From a virus (taxonomy: Duplodnaviria; Heunggongvirae; Uroviricota; Caudoviricetes), in the IMG/VR virus record IMGVR_UViG_3300048854_000273, positions 43,413-107,412 of that record: DNA of 64,000 nucleotides; one strand, written 5' to 3'. Numbering within the stretch: the first letter of the stretch is position 1; each line of letters opens with the position of its first letter. The notes beneath the pieces are model-generated. The model was not told the origin of the DNA, did no database searches, and saw only the letters and a list, made by a program, of their open reading frames with translations. Of this stretch, positions 53,980 through 63,347 are shown in pieces. A program made the translations under genes and the position numbers.

Positions 53980-55014
53980 TTACCCGTTTGATACTCGTGC
54001 AGCGTTCACAGCCCGATTTGCCAGATTTTCGCGTTCGGCCTGGGCCGCCATGATGCGTGCCTGTCCCTTGCTCTCGTCGCGGCGATCGGCACCCAACTGG
54101 ATGATCATGTCGCGGCGATCCGACAGCGCGAACACGCAGGACTTCGCCACCGCGGCGATCGATTCAGCCTCGATCACAAGCTGCTTGCCTGCAATCCAGC
54201 GCGGGTCGATCTTGACCATGTTCTCGACAGCCTTCTCGGTCACCTTCTCGCCCGACGTCACGAGCGCCTTGCGATGCTCGTCGTAGATTTTTGCCTCGCG
54301 CACTTCAAAGCGGGTCTTGATGCTTGAGGCCTGCGCTTCCGCACGTGCGGCACGTGCACCGTAAAAAGCACGCAAACTGGCTTGCTGCATCATGCAATCG
54401 TCCAGATTGTTTTCCGTGACCTGCATGTCTGCTTTAAAGCTGTCCACGTCGATGTAGTAGTCGAGCGCAGCCGCTGCTTTCTTCGCCTTCGCGATGGCTG
54501 CGACTTCCTCTTCCTCTATCGATGACTTCGTCGGGGCCGGTGCGGGTGCGGGTGCTACAGGCTCAAGTTCTTCTGCGGGCGGGTGCGGCATCGTCAAGGT
54601 CTCGGCCGGTTCGGTCGATTCTTCGTCCCACGGTGGCGTGGCGGGCGGTGCGACTGTGCCCGATTCGATCTCCGCTTCGAGCGCCGCGAGTTCGTCGTCC
54701 ACGTTCGATTCGTCAGCGACCGGTGCTGCCAGCGGAGTCGGTGCGGGAGCCGCCAGCACGACCGTCGTGCCCTCTTCTTCCAGAACGATCAGATCCTCAT
54801 CCGACAGCGTCAGATCGGCTTCAACCGGGGTAGATGCCGGTGCCTCATCAAGTTCGTCCAGACCTTCCAGCTCGTCACTGGTCGGCTCGGGTGTGGCAAC
54901 GACGGGGGTCTTCTTTGGCGCGGGGGCTGCGGCCGGCACCCCGGTCGCTTCTTCCAGCTCCAGCATCAACGAATCGAGTTCATCATCCGGCACCGGGATT
55001 TCGGGGGTTGTCAT
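53980..55014 (-). CDS. hypothetical protein, acidic Pro/Ala-rich N-terminal half plus conserved C-terminal domain (possible recombination mediator)
   Basis: ORF; GAGGAG RBS; sits between the SSB and dnaE genes. Confidence 0.45.
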   Translation of the reverse strand: MTTPEIPVPDDELDSLMLELEEATGVPAAAPAPKKTPVVATPEPTSDELEGLDELDEAPASTPVEADLTLSDEDLIVLEEEGTTVVLAAPAPTPLAAPVADESNVDDELAALEAEIESGTVAPPATPPWDEESTEPAETLTMPHPPAEELEPVAPAPAPAPTKSSIEEEEVAAIAKAKKAAAALDYYIDVDSFKADMQVTENNLDDCMMQQASLRAFYGARAARAEAQASSIKTRFEVREAKIYDEHRKALVTSGEKVTEKAVENMVKIDPRWIAGKQLVIEAESIAAVAKSCVFALSDRRDMIIQLGADRRDESKGQARIMAAQAERENLANRAVNAARVSNG

Positions 55015-55078
55015 GTCTGCTCCTCAGTAAGAACTGTTCTTCACGCGTCGAGTATAGCGACGCGCGACAGGGTTTTGC

Positions 55079-55092
55079 ACTCAGTTTTGACT
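55079..55092 (+). promoter_or_regulatory. motif ACTCAGTTTTGACT
   Basis: 6 nt after the dnaE stop; followed by hairpin 55044-55064 then GAGGAG RBS of 53980..55014. Confidence 0.55.
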
Positions 55093-55098
55093 ATTGCC

Positions 55099-58000
55099 TC
55101 AGTTAAGACAATCAGCCACCTTTTCAAATACGGCTGCCAGGATCTCGGCCTTCGATGTGTCGAACAGGATCTGCTGCGCGTTAATGCCGCACACGATGCT
55201 CGCGTCCAACGTCTTGTCGAAGATCACCTTGCCGGCGAGTTCGGCCGTGCCGCCCTTGATGCCCGGCACGAAGTGCTTGATCGACGCCGAGCCAAGCGCC
55301 ACGATCACCGCGGGCTTGATCAGCTCCAGCTCGCGCTGAAGGAAGCCCTTGCAGCCGTTGATCTGGGCGTTCGAGAGGAACTTGTCGCTCTTTTTCGCCT
55401 TGACCAGCGACGTGTAATAGCCCTCTGCCGGATTGAGTCCCGCCTGCTTGATCGCTTCCTTGATGAAGTCGGCCGCATCCCCTTCAAGCATCTTGTCGGC
55501 CTTCTCCTCCTGCCAGCTCGGACAGTCGGACACGACCATGAACTTAACCGTGTGCTTGGCTCGCACAGTCGGGTGTGGCTGACCCGCCAGATCGCAGCCC
55601 TCGCAGTTCTTGTATTCCTGCACGAGGCTGATCACCTTTGCACGCAGGAACGTTTCTTTCAGGTCTGTCGTGCGATCGGCCTTCACGCTGTCGATGATGA
55701 GGCCGCCCATCAGTTCGGTCTGTTCACGGCGTCGGTCCGGGTGTCGCGCAGGTTTTGCCCCTGGTTGCAGCGGCACGAGGGCGCCGACTTTATCCAGCCC
55801 ATCGCGGACCTTGCTGTTGACCTTCGAGCCCTTTGCTTCCGTGATGTTCAGGAACTCATCCATGTCCTTGAACGTGCCGCCGTTCTGGCGCCGCAGCTCC
55901 ACAATGCGCAGTGCCGTGTTCTCGGAGATACCCTTCACGGCCGAGAACGGCGCGAGCAGGTGGTTGTCGTCGGGAATCGTGAAGCGCTCGCGCGACAGGT
56001 TGATATCGGGCGGCAGCACTTCGATGCCGAACTCACGCGCTTCCTCAACGAGACTCGGCAGCTTTTCTTCCTTCACGATCGACATGCAGGCGGCGAAGTA
56101 TTCCGCCGGGTAGCGCACGCGCACCCACATCGTCCAGTAGGAGATGAGCGAATACTCCACCGCGTGCGAGCGGTTGAAACCGTAGCCTGCAAAGGCTTCG
56201 ATCTTGTCGAACAGCTTGCCGGCGGGGATTTCGTCCATGCCCGACTTGGCGAGACAGCCGTCGACCCACTTCTGTCGCATTTCGGCCATCTTGTCCTTGT
56301 CCTTCTTGCCCATCGCTTTGCGCAGGTGATCCGCTTCAGCGCGCGTAAAGCCCGCCAGATCGACCGCCACCTGCATGACCTGTTCCTGATAGACGATGAC
56401 GCCGTAGGTGTCCTTTAGCGCCGCCTCCATGTTCGGATGATCGTAGTAGACAGACTTGGCACCTTGCTTGATCTGGATGAAGTCGTCCATCAGCCCCGAG
56501 TCCATTGGACCTGGCCGGTAAAGCGCGGTCGCGGCGGTTACGTCCTCGAACGTGAGCAGCCCACCCATCGCGAGATTGCGCAGCAGTGCCTTCATGCCGC
56601 CCGAGTCGAACTGGAACACGCCGGTTGTGTCACCCTTGCCGAACGCAGCCATAATGTCTGGCTCCTCCAGCGGCAAGTCCAGGTAGTCGATTTTCTTGCC
56701 GTGCCGCTCCCCGATGTAGGTCTTGGCAATCTCCAGCACGTCGAGCGTGGAGAGCCCCAGAATATCCATCTTGACCAGGCCCCAGTCCTCGACGACGCGC
56801 TTGTCCCAGTTCACGACCGGCGACTCGCCGCGCGTTTCAACGACTGCCCGGTTGATCAGCGGCTCGCCTGCGACAACCACACCGGCTGCGTGCTGCCCGA
56901 ACGAACGCATGGCCCCTTCGAGCTTGAGCGCATGGCCCCAGACCTCCGGGTGGGTGTCACGGAACTTCTCCAGGTCAGCAACCGCCTTCGCCGCTTCGGT
57001 GAGCGTGAAGGAGTTGCCGTGCTCTTTCGGCACGAGCTTGGTCGCGGCCAGGTCCAGGTTCGACAGACCCCACACGCGCCCCGTGTCGCGCAGCGCCGAT
57101 GCAGAGGCGAGCGTCGAGAAATTGGAGATGCCGGCGACGCGGTCGGCGCCGTATTTGCCGGTCAGATATTCAATCACCAGATGGCGCTTGCTCGACATGA
57201 AGTCCAGGTCAGCATCGGGCAAATCCAGACGCTCGGGATTGATGAAGCGCTCGAACAGGAGGTTGAAGCGGATCGGATCCACGTCCGTGATGCCGAGCAG
57301 ATACGCAACGAGCGAGCCGCCGACCGAACCGCGGCCTGGCCCGACGATAATGTCGTTCGCCTTCGCCCACATGACAAGGTCTTCGACCAGCAGGAAGTAG
57401 CCGGCGAAGCCCATTTTCTTGAGCACGCCCAACTCATACTGGAGCCGCGTCTTGTATTCAGGCATGAGCGACACGGGCGGCAGATAGCCGAGCACCGGAT
57501 ACGTGAAGCGCCGCTTCCAGCCCTCAATGCACTTCCTGCCAAGCGTGACGAACTCGTTCTCGGCCATTGCGGGCAGCGAGACCGGGTGTTTCTTGAACTC
57601 GTAGCCGCACTTCGCCGCGAGCTTCTCGACGTTGGTCAAGCCAGCCAGCCACAGATGTGGCTCATGCACGCCGTAGAACCGCTTCACGCGTGTGGCGGCC
57701 GCCTTCAGCCGCTCGATGACGTGCTTGGGCTCGGCGAAACCAAAGTCGCGCACGTGCTGGATGGGTCGATACGAGACGTCCATCTTCGTGTTCGACGTCA
57801 CTGCGCCCAGCACGTCCAGGCTGTCCGCGTCGGTGTTCTCGCGATAGAGCGTCGGATAGTTGACGATCGTCTGGACTTCGTGGACGCGCGCGGCCTTCAG
57901 CGCTTCGGCGTTCAGAGTGTCGAATAGCGGCGTGTTGATCGGGACGAGCTCCACCAAAAAGTCGTCCCTGAACGTCATGTTCAGCCGTAGCGCGATATCG

Positions 58001-58464
58001 AACGCTTCCGGGTGGTGGAACAGGTTGAAGAAGTCGCCCGTTGTCACCACGACGCCTTCGAGCTTCAACACGTCCTCGAGCCCGACGCGCGACACGTAGT
58101 AGAAGTAGTCCGGCGAGTTCGCTTTCGACAGCAGCTTGATCAGTCCGGCGACACCGCGCTCGTCCTTCGCATACACCTTCAGGGTGTAGCCGCGGTTCGG
58201 CTTTTCCTTCTCGCCCGACGCCTTCGGCGGCTTGCGGTAGGTGGGATCGTCGACCACGCGCACCGCACATCCGATGATCGGCTTGATGCCGGCTTTCTTC
58301 GCGCGCTGCGAGAAATCGACCATCGCGTGCAGGCTCATTTCATCGACGAGGGCGACGGACTCGTAGCCCAGCTCCTTCGCCTTGCTGACGATATGGTCGA
58401 CCTGCAAGAGTGACTTGCCGATCGAAAAGTCGGAGCGCACCGCGAGGGCATGTCCGAGATTCAT
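55099..58464 (-). CDS. dnaE: DNA polymerase III alpha subunit (DnaE-type, PHP + Pol-beta-like palm)
   Basis: 1121 aa; N-terminal PHP domain; conserved DnaE blocks (GPGRGS, LLFERF, YRPGPM). Confidence 0.9.
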   Translation of the reverse strand: MNLGHALAVRSDFSIGKSLLQVDHIVSKAKELGYESVALVDEMSLHAMVDFSQRAKKAGIKPIIGCAVRVVDDPTYRKPPKASGEKEKPNRGYTLKVYAKDERGVAGLIKLLSKANSPDYFYYVSRVGLEDVLKLEGVVVTTGDFFNLFHHPEAFDIALRLNMTFRDDFLVELVPINTPLFDTLNAEALKAARVHEVQTIVNYPTLYRENTDADSLDVLGAVTSNTKMDVSYRPIQHVRDFGFAEPKHVIERLKAAATRVKRFYGVHEPHLWLAGLTNVEKLAAKCGYEFKKHPVSLPAMAENEFVTLGRKCIEGWKRRFTYPVLGYLPPVSLMPEYKTRLQYELGVLKKMGFAGYFLLVEDLVMWAKANDIIVGPGRGSVGGSLVAYLLGITDVDPIRFNLLFERFINPERLDLPDADLDFMSSKRHLVIEYLTGKYGADRVAGISNFSTLASASALRDTGRVWGLSNLDLAATKLVPKEHGNSFTLTEAAKAVADLEKFRDTHPEVWGHALKLEGAMRSFGQHAAGVVVAGEPLINRAVVETRGESPVVNWDKRVVEDWGLVKMDILGLSTLDVLEIAKTYIGERHGKKIDYLDLPLEEPDIMAAFGKGDTTGVFQFDSGGMKALLRNLAMGGLLTFEDVTAATALYRPGPMDSGLMDDFIQIKQGAKSVYYDHPNMEAALKDTYGVIVYQEQVMQVAVDLAGFTRAEADHLRKAMGKKDKDKMAEMRQKWVDGCLAKSGMDEIPAGKLFDKIEAFAGYGFNRSHAVEYSLISYWTMWVRVRYPAEYFAACMSIVKEEKLPSLVEEAREFGIEVLPPDINLSRERFTIPDDNHLLAPFSAVKGISENTALRIVELRRQNGGTFKDMDEFLNITEAKGSKVNSKVRDGLDKVGALVPLQPGAKPARHPDRRREQTELMGGLIIDSVKADRTTDLKETFLRAKVISLVQEYKNCEGCDLAGQPHPTVRAKHTVKFMVVSDCPSWQEEKADKMLEGDAADFIKEAIKQAGLNPAEGYYTSLVKAKKSDKFLSNAQINGCKGFLQRELELIKPAVIVALGSASIKHFVPGIKGGTAELAGKVIFDKTLDASIVCGINAQQILFDTSKAEILAAVFEKVADCLN

Positions 58465-58501
58465 CGTTTCTCCTTGTGTGATTCGATCAGCGTCTATTGT
58501 T

Positions 58502-59218
58502 TCAAGCAGACGCAGGGGTTAGCGTCAGGACACCGTCGTTTTCGACGGCAATCTCGAAGCGCGTGAAAATCGGCCAAGCCATGCCCACGTGGGACGCGGC
58601 GGTCGAGTCGCCCCAGTCAAGCGCGTTGACCAGGCACTGCTTCAGAGCGCTTCTAGTCGTGCCACCCGCGATGAGTGCGTCACAGATAACGCGCATGAAT
58701 TCTGGCTTGATCTGAGCGAACGGATTCACGCCGGCCGGTAGCTCTTTGCGCATTGCGTCTAGCAAACCGTGCTTGATAAAGCGCAGCGCGTGTTCGGCGG
58801 ATTTCTTCGGCAGGGTCGCGATCAGGGTGGCCTCCGCCTCGCTCACGCCGAAGGTGACGGTCTCCACCTTCGTGCGGCGCTGGACCTGCGCGGGGACGAC
58901 CGGCCTGGCCGGCTGGGCCGCCACCACCTCGTCATCTTCCTGGGCGGCCATCTGTTCGGCCACCGATGGTGAGGTTGTCTGTGCAGCCGGCGTCGTGCGT
59001 TGGATCACCTGCTTCTTGCGGGCGGCCTCGTGCCGACGCAGCAGGTCGCTCACGTTGATCGTGGCCTGGATTGCTTCAAGGGTCTTCACCGAAGCGCCAG
59101 CACAGTCACCAAAGGCGCCACACTGCTGGCACACGCCAGAGTCGTGGCTGAATACGCTAGCAGCAGCAAAGCAGGCCGGTGCGGCGGCAGGTGCGGTGAC
59201 GTTCTCAAACAACTGCAT
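58502..59218 (-). CDS. hypothetical protein with N-terminal H-x4-C-x2-C cluster (possible zinc anti-sigma-like partner)
   Basis: SHDSGVCQQCGAFGDC; immediately downstream of the sigma-factor gene. Confidence 0.4.
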   Translation of the reverse strand: MQLFENVTAPAAAPACFAAASVFSHDSGVCQQCGAFGDCAGASVKTLEAIQATINVSDLLRRHEAARKKQVIQRTTPAAQTTSPSVAEQMAAQEDDEVVAAQPARPVVPAQVQRRTKVETVTFGVSEAEATLIATLPKKSAEHALRFIKHGLLDAMRKELPAGVNPFAQIKPEFMRVICDALIAGGTTRSALKQCLVNALDWGDSTAASHVGMAWPIFTRFEIAVENDGVLTLTPASA

Positions 59219-59227
59219 GGTGATTCC

Positions 59228-59875
59228 TCAAAGAGTGTCGATAATGCGGCGCACTTCCTGGGCCGCTGCTGCCATGTCGCGCGTGCCGACGTCCTTCTTC
59301 ACCAGGCGAATGAACTTGCAGATGAAGCCGATGTTGACGCCGGCGGCGCACCGCGTGCGAATGCCGATGCTGCGGCTGTAATCGCAGTGCGCCTGGTTCT
59401 TCCTGATCTCCTCCAGCAGCGCGGCCGGTGGGCTCACGATCCACTCTACGATCAGCGCCGCGAGCGGGCTCATGCCCTGCACCGCCTTCTCGATCTGGAG
59501 CGCGCACTGTTGCCGGTCCAGAATTTCCTCCGGCGTCATCGCATCGCTCGGGACGGTTTCTAGAAGGTTGGAGCTTTCGTCGTCGCCCATGCCCTCGATG
59601 CTGAACACGCCGTTCTCGCGCTCCTCCTCACTGCTCTCAGCCTTGCGGTTGATGCGGTTGTAGGCTGCGGTGCCGAAATATGTGGTGAAGGCGAAGCCCT
59701 TGCTCGGGTCAAACTTCGCGTGCGCCAGCAGGAAGGCTTCACGAACGTCGGCGAACACGTCGTCGTATTGGGTGGAAGCCTCCAGGTCCAGGAGACGCCC
59801 ATAGCACTTGCGTGCTATCTGGTGGACGAATCCCAGATTCCCCTGGTAGCACTCGACAATGTCGGCGCTATACAT
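59228..59875 (-). CDS. RNA polymerase sigma-70-family factor (regions 2 and 4; ECF-like size)
   Basis: region 2: YQGNLGFVHQIARKCYG...FDPSKGFAFTTYFGTAAYNRINR; C-terminal HTH-like region; 215 aa. Confidence 0.65.
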   Translation of the reverse strand: MYSADIVECYQGNLGFVHQIARKCYGRLLDLEASTQYDDVFADVREAFLLAHAKFDPSKGFAFTTYFGTAAYNRINRKAESSEEERENGVFSIEGMGDDESSNLLETVPSDAMTPEEILDRQQCALQIEKAVQGMSPLAALIVEWIVSPPAALLEEIRKNQAHCDYSRSIGIRTRCAAGVNIGFICKFIRLVKKDVGTRDMAAAAQEVRRIIDTL

Positions 59876-59881
59876 GGTCGA

Positions 59882-61066
59882 TTAAGCCCCGAAGATGCGT
59901 TGCGAGAGGCCGTCGCAGACTTCGCGATCCACTTTCGACAGCTTGTTGATGAAGGACAGTTGCAGCCCCTGGCGCCACGAACCGCGCTTCATGCCAATCT
60001 TTGCCGCATAGATCAGCGTGCGCGGCGAGATCACGTCCGAAATCTTCGCGCCGTCGTAGGCTTCACGAACCAGCGAGGCGAAGTCGACCAGCTTGTCGGC
60101 GTCGTCCGAGTGGAGACCCACACGCTTCTGCAGGATCAGGCTCTCGAAATTTTTCTTCATGTATTGCTTGTGGATGACCATGCCGAAGCGGTCATAGTTG
60201 GCGCTGTTCTGGAGTGACGTGCCCTGATAGAGGCCCGTTTCGTCGCCCGAACCATTGGTGTTGCCGGTCGCGACGAAGCGGAAGTTCGCGTGCGGCTTGA
60301 TGATCCGGTTGGCAGCGTCCGCTTCCTTGATGATCAGCGGCTTGCCTTCGAGAACGGCCTGATACACCGACAGCACAGACGGCAGCGCGAAGTCGTATTC
60401 GTCGGCGGCATAAACCCAGCCGTGCTTCATGGCGAGCGGCAACGGTCCCAGCTCGAACTGGGTCGAGCCATCTTTCACCGTCCACTGCCCCACGATGTGA
60501 CTTTCTTCGGTGTTGACGGTGTGCTGGACGCGCATCGTGGCGCGACCGGTGCGGGCGCAAATCTGGTCATAGAGCTCCGACTTGCCCGATCCCTTGTGGC
60601 CCCAGACATAGCACGGGATGGACATTTCGAGCGCGAGGATCACGTTCTTCAGCTCGTCCACGTCATAAACGTAGTCGTCCGAGATCACCGGCACCATGTC
60701 GGGATCAGCCGGCGTGGCAATCACGCTGATCGGAATCGGCTCTTTCTTCGAGGACAGGGCGGCAGCGACCTTGCCCAGACCAAACACTTCATGGAACGGC
60801 GCCTTCGTCACCGTGCCGGCGGGCATCAGGGCGGTCACGCTGGCAACCGCGGTGCCTGCCATTGCAACGGGGGCGGGGGCAGCCGCCGCGCGCTCTTGAC
60901 GCTTGCGTTCGAGCTGGGCGAGCGCGAGGTCCGAGAGCAACGGCGCAGCGGGGTATTGCGCCTTGTAATCATCCACCGAAACTTCAGGGTGATCGTCCTT
61001 CAGATGCTTCTGCATCACGTGGACCTGCGCACCGCAAATTTCGCACTTGATCTTGGCATCGCTCAT
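59882..61066 (-). CDS. CobS/MoxR-like AAA+ ATPase (AAA_5) with N-terminal zinc finger
   Basis: Walker A GHKGSGKS, Walker B VYAADEYD; N-terminal CEICGAQVHVMQKHLKDDH. Confidence 0.65.
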   Translation of the reverse strand: MSDAKIKCEICGAQVHVMQKHLKDDHPEVSVDDYKAQYPAAPLLSDLALAQLERKRQERAAAAPAPVAMAGTAVASVTALMPAGTVTKAPFHEVFGLGKVAAALSSKKEPIPISVIATPADPDMVPVISDDYVYDVDELKNVILALEMSIPCYVWGHKGSGKSELYDQICARTGRATMRVQHTVNTEESHIVGQWTVKDGSTQFELGPLPLAMKHGWVYAADEYDFALPSVLSVYQAVLEGKPLIIKEADAANRIIKPHANFRFVATGNTNGSGDETGLYQGTSLQNSANYDRFGMVIHKQYMKKNFESLILQKRVGLHSDDADKLVDFASLVREAYDGAKISDVISPRTLIYAAKIGMKRGSWRQGLQLSFINKLSKVDREVCDGLSQRIFGA

Positions 61067-61152
61067 GTTTTTCTCTCCGAGAGTGAGTTATTACTGACTG
61101 CAGCAACGTTGCTGCGATATGAGAATGATAAAGAAGACCGCTCGGGAATACT

Positions 61153-61166
61153 ACTCAGTTTTTACT
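61153..61166 (+). promoter_or_regulatory. motif ACTCAGTTTTTACT
   Basis: between the cobT-like stop and the cobS-like start. Confidence 0.5.
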
Positions 61167-61189
61167 GTTCTCAAGCGGCAAAAAAAATG

Positions 61190-63202
61190 TCAGCCAATCA
61201 GCAGCGAGCGCAACTCCTTCATCACGCGTGAGGGCAGCTCCGACACGTTGTTAATGATCATGTGGCGCTTGTAGAACTGTTTAACGGCCTCAGACTGGAT
61301 GCCAATGCCGACGACGCGCACCCCTGCCTTCTCGATGTTCACCACCGTGTCCTTCAGGTGCTGGAATACCGCCGCACCGCCGCCATCACAGGCGGGTGCG
61401 CCATCGGACAGGACGATCATGATCTTGCCCGCCTCGCGACGCTGCATGAGGCGTCGGGCGGCAATCTCGATGCACTCGCCATCGACGTTATTGCGCAACG
61501 TGTTGCAGTTCGGCAGCCAGCCAAAGCGATTGCGCACTTCGGTGGACTGCATGCGCTCGTTGAAGGATTTCAGGATCGGCATGTAGAGGCTTTCCGTTCG
61601 GCTGAACCGCTTGCCAAGACGCTTCTCCTCCTTCTCCATCTTTTCTTCATCCACGATGTTGCCAGTGGTGAAGCAGATGGTCTCGGACTTGATGTTCAGG
61701 CGATCGAGGACCGAGGCGAGCGCATATCCCGCCTGCGCCGCCGTGTGGATCTTGCTACCCCACATCGAGCCCGACATGTCGATCACCAGCTCCACCGCAA
61801 CATCCTTGCTGGTTGACTCATGCTTTTTTCGGAACACACGCGCGTCGCCTACTGCCAGCCGTGACAGGTTGCCACTGTGCAGACGTCCGGAGCGGCGGCC
61901 GTTCTCCCAGACAGAGAGCGAACGCGCACTGATGGCACGCTCCAGATCCTTCTGGAGTGGCGCGACCATGTGGTCGACCTCGTCACTGAGCTTCTTGGTC
62001 ATTTCTGGCTTGAAGCCGGAACCCAAGTGCAGCGGCTCGATGACGTCGTTGTCCTTCGTGTAGACCAGGTATTGCGCCCCTTTCGCCGCCTCGATCGCGT
62101 CGTTGGTGATCAGACGTGACATGGTTTCGTCAAAGCCGTTGGCGGTTTCCTTGTCGAGAGCGGCGAGAAAACCCGACGAATCACCGGTGTTGACGTCCTC
62201 GTCATCCTCCCCCGACGGCTCATCGTCGTCGGATTCCGACTCAGCATCGTCCTCACCGTCCTCACCTTCTTCATCTTCCTCGCCGGATTTGGCTTCTTCA
62301 CCTTCCCCGCCGGCCCCGCCGCTTTCCTCGCCCTCGCCCTCGCCCTCGCCCTCGCCCTCGCCTTCTTCGGAGCCTGAGCCGGACTTGCCACCCGGCAGAC
62401 CTGCGCCGGATTCCTCCTCGCTCTCCTCGTCGCTTTCTTCCTCCGACTCCGGCTTTGGCCCGCTCTTTCCCATCGACGGCTTGCCGGAGCTTGCCTTCGA
62501 CCGGGATTTGGCTTTCTTAGGCTTCGGAGGCGCGGCACCGCCGCCAGCCCCACCGCTCGTCGCACGACCGAGCGCGGTCATCACTTCCTGTGCGAGCGTC
62601 ACGGCGTCGCCTGTGGTCGGGCAGTTTGCAATCTTGGACGCGAGGTGCTCGATCTTGTCGACCTCGTCGGCGATCGCTTCCTGCATGTCCGGGTGATCAG
62701 TGAGCCACTGCTTGAAAATGTGCTGTCCGGCCATCGCTCGCAGCGCCGGCACCATCACCAATGCCTTGACGCCGTTCACGTCGCCCTTCTTGGCAGCTTC
62801 GCGAATCTGCGGCTTGACGTATTTGTCTAGGAAGAACTGGCCCGTCACGGCAATGTTGTGACCCGAACCCTGGAAGCGCTTGGCCATCTCCCGCTCGATA
62901 CGGGTGTCCTCGATGATGTTGACCATGTTGTGCAGGCTCGGGTCGCGAATCGCGTTCATCGCCTTGAAGTCGGTGAACAGGATATGTGCGACCTCATGGT
63001 CGAGAAAGCCCTGAATTGCCGCGCATAGCTCATCGCTGGCGTTATCCGGCAGATACGGCAGATTGACGTGCGCGGGTTCACCGTTGGCCCCAGGCTGGAC
63101 GTATGCGCTGATGCCGCGCTGCGTGACCGTGATGCCCTTGCCCGCCAGCATCTGCGTAATCGTGACTACCGCCTCACGCAGAACAAATACTCGTTCGTTC
63201 AT
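61190..63202 (-). CDS. CobT-like von Willebrand factor A domain protein with internal acidic (EGEGEG) region
   Basis: C-terminal VWA MIDAS VIDMSGSMWGS; central poly-acidic block; paired with the upstream AAA+ gene. Confidence 0.65.
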   Translation of the reverse strand: MNERVFVLREAVVTITQMLAGKGITVTQRGISAYVQPGANGEPAHVNLPYLPDNASDELCAAIQGFLDHEVAHILFTDFKAMNAIRDPSLHNMVNIIEDTRIEREMAKRFQGSGHNIAVTGQFFLDKYVKPQIREAAKKGDVNGVKALVMVPALRAMAGQHIFKQWLTDHPDMQEAIADEVDKIEHLASKIANCPTTGDAVTLAQEVMTALGRATSGGAGGGAAPPKPKKAKSRSKASSGKPSMGKSGPKPESEEESDEESEEESGAGLPGGKSGSGSEEGEGEGEGEGEGEESGGAGGEGEEAKSGEEDEEGEDGEDDAESESDDDEPSGEDDEDVNTGDSSGFLAALDKETANGFDETMSRLITNDAIEAAKGAQYLVYTKDNDVIEPLHLGSGFKPEMTKKLSDEVDHMVAPLQKDLERAISARSLSVWENGRRSGRLHSGNLSRLAVGDARVFRKKHESTSKDVAVELVIDMSGSMWGSKIHTAAQAGYALASVLDRLNIKSETICFTTGNIVDEEKMEKEEKRLGKRFSRTESLYMPILKSFNERMQSTEVRNRFGWLPNCNTLRNNVDGECIEIAARRLMQRREAGKIMIVLSDGAPACDGGGAAVFQHLKDTVVNIEKAGVRVVGIGIQSEAVKQFYKRHMIINNVSELPSRVMKELRSLLIG

Positions 63203-63220
63203 CCTTGCACCTCACTATGT

Positions 63221-63234
63221 AGTCAAAATTGACT
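63221..63234 (-). promoter_or_regulatory. motif in reverse orientation AGTCAAAATTGACT
   Basis: 18 nt upstream of the cobT-like ATG (63202). Confidence 0.55.
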
Positions 63235-63274
63235 GAATAAGTGAATCATAAACGCGCGCTCACGGGAGCGCAAT

Positions 63275-63288
63275 AGTCAGTTTTGACT
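63275..63288 (+). promoter_or_regulatory. motif AGTCAGTTTTGACT
   Basis: preceded by hairpin GCGCTC-acgg-GAGCGC (63255-63272). Confidence 0.55.
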
Positions 63289-63347
63289 TATCTAAGTGGC
63301 GATAAAAAAGGGCGACTTTCGTCACCCTTTCTCAGGGGCAGCAGGAG

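Noticed and set aside
62280-62420. Possible CRISPR array or satellite from the GCCCTC / GEGEGE repeats
   Set aside because: It is a 6-bp perfect tandem inside a coding acidic linker. There are no spacer-repeat units of CRISPR size, and no CRISPR array anywhere in the window.
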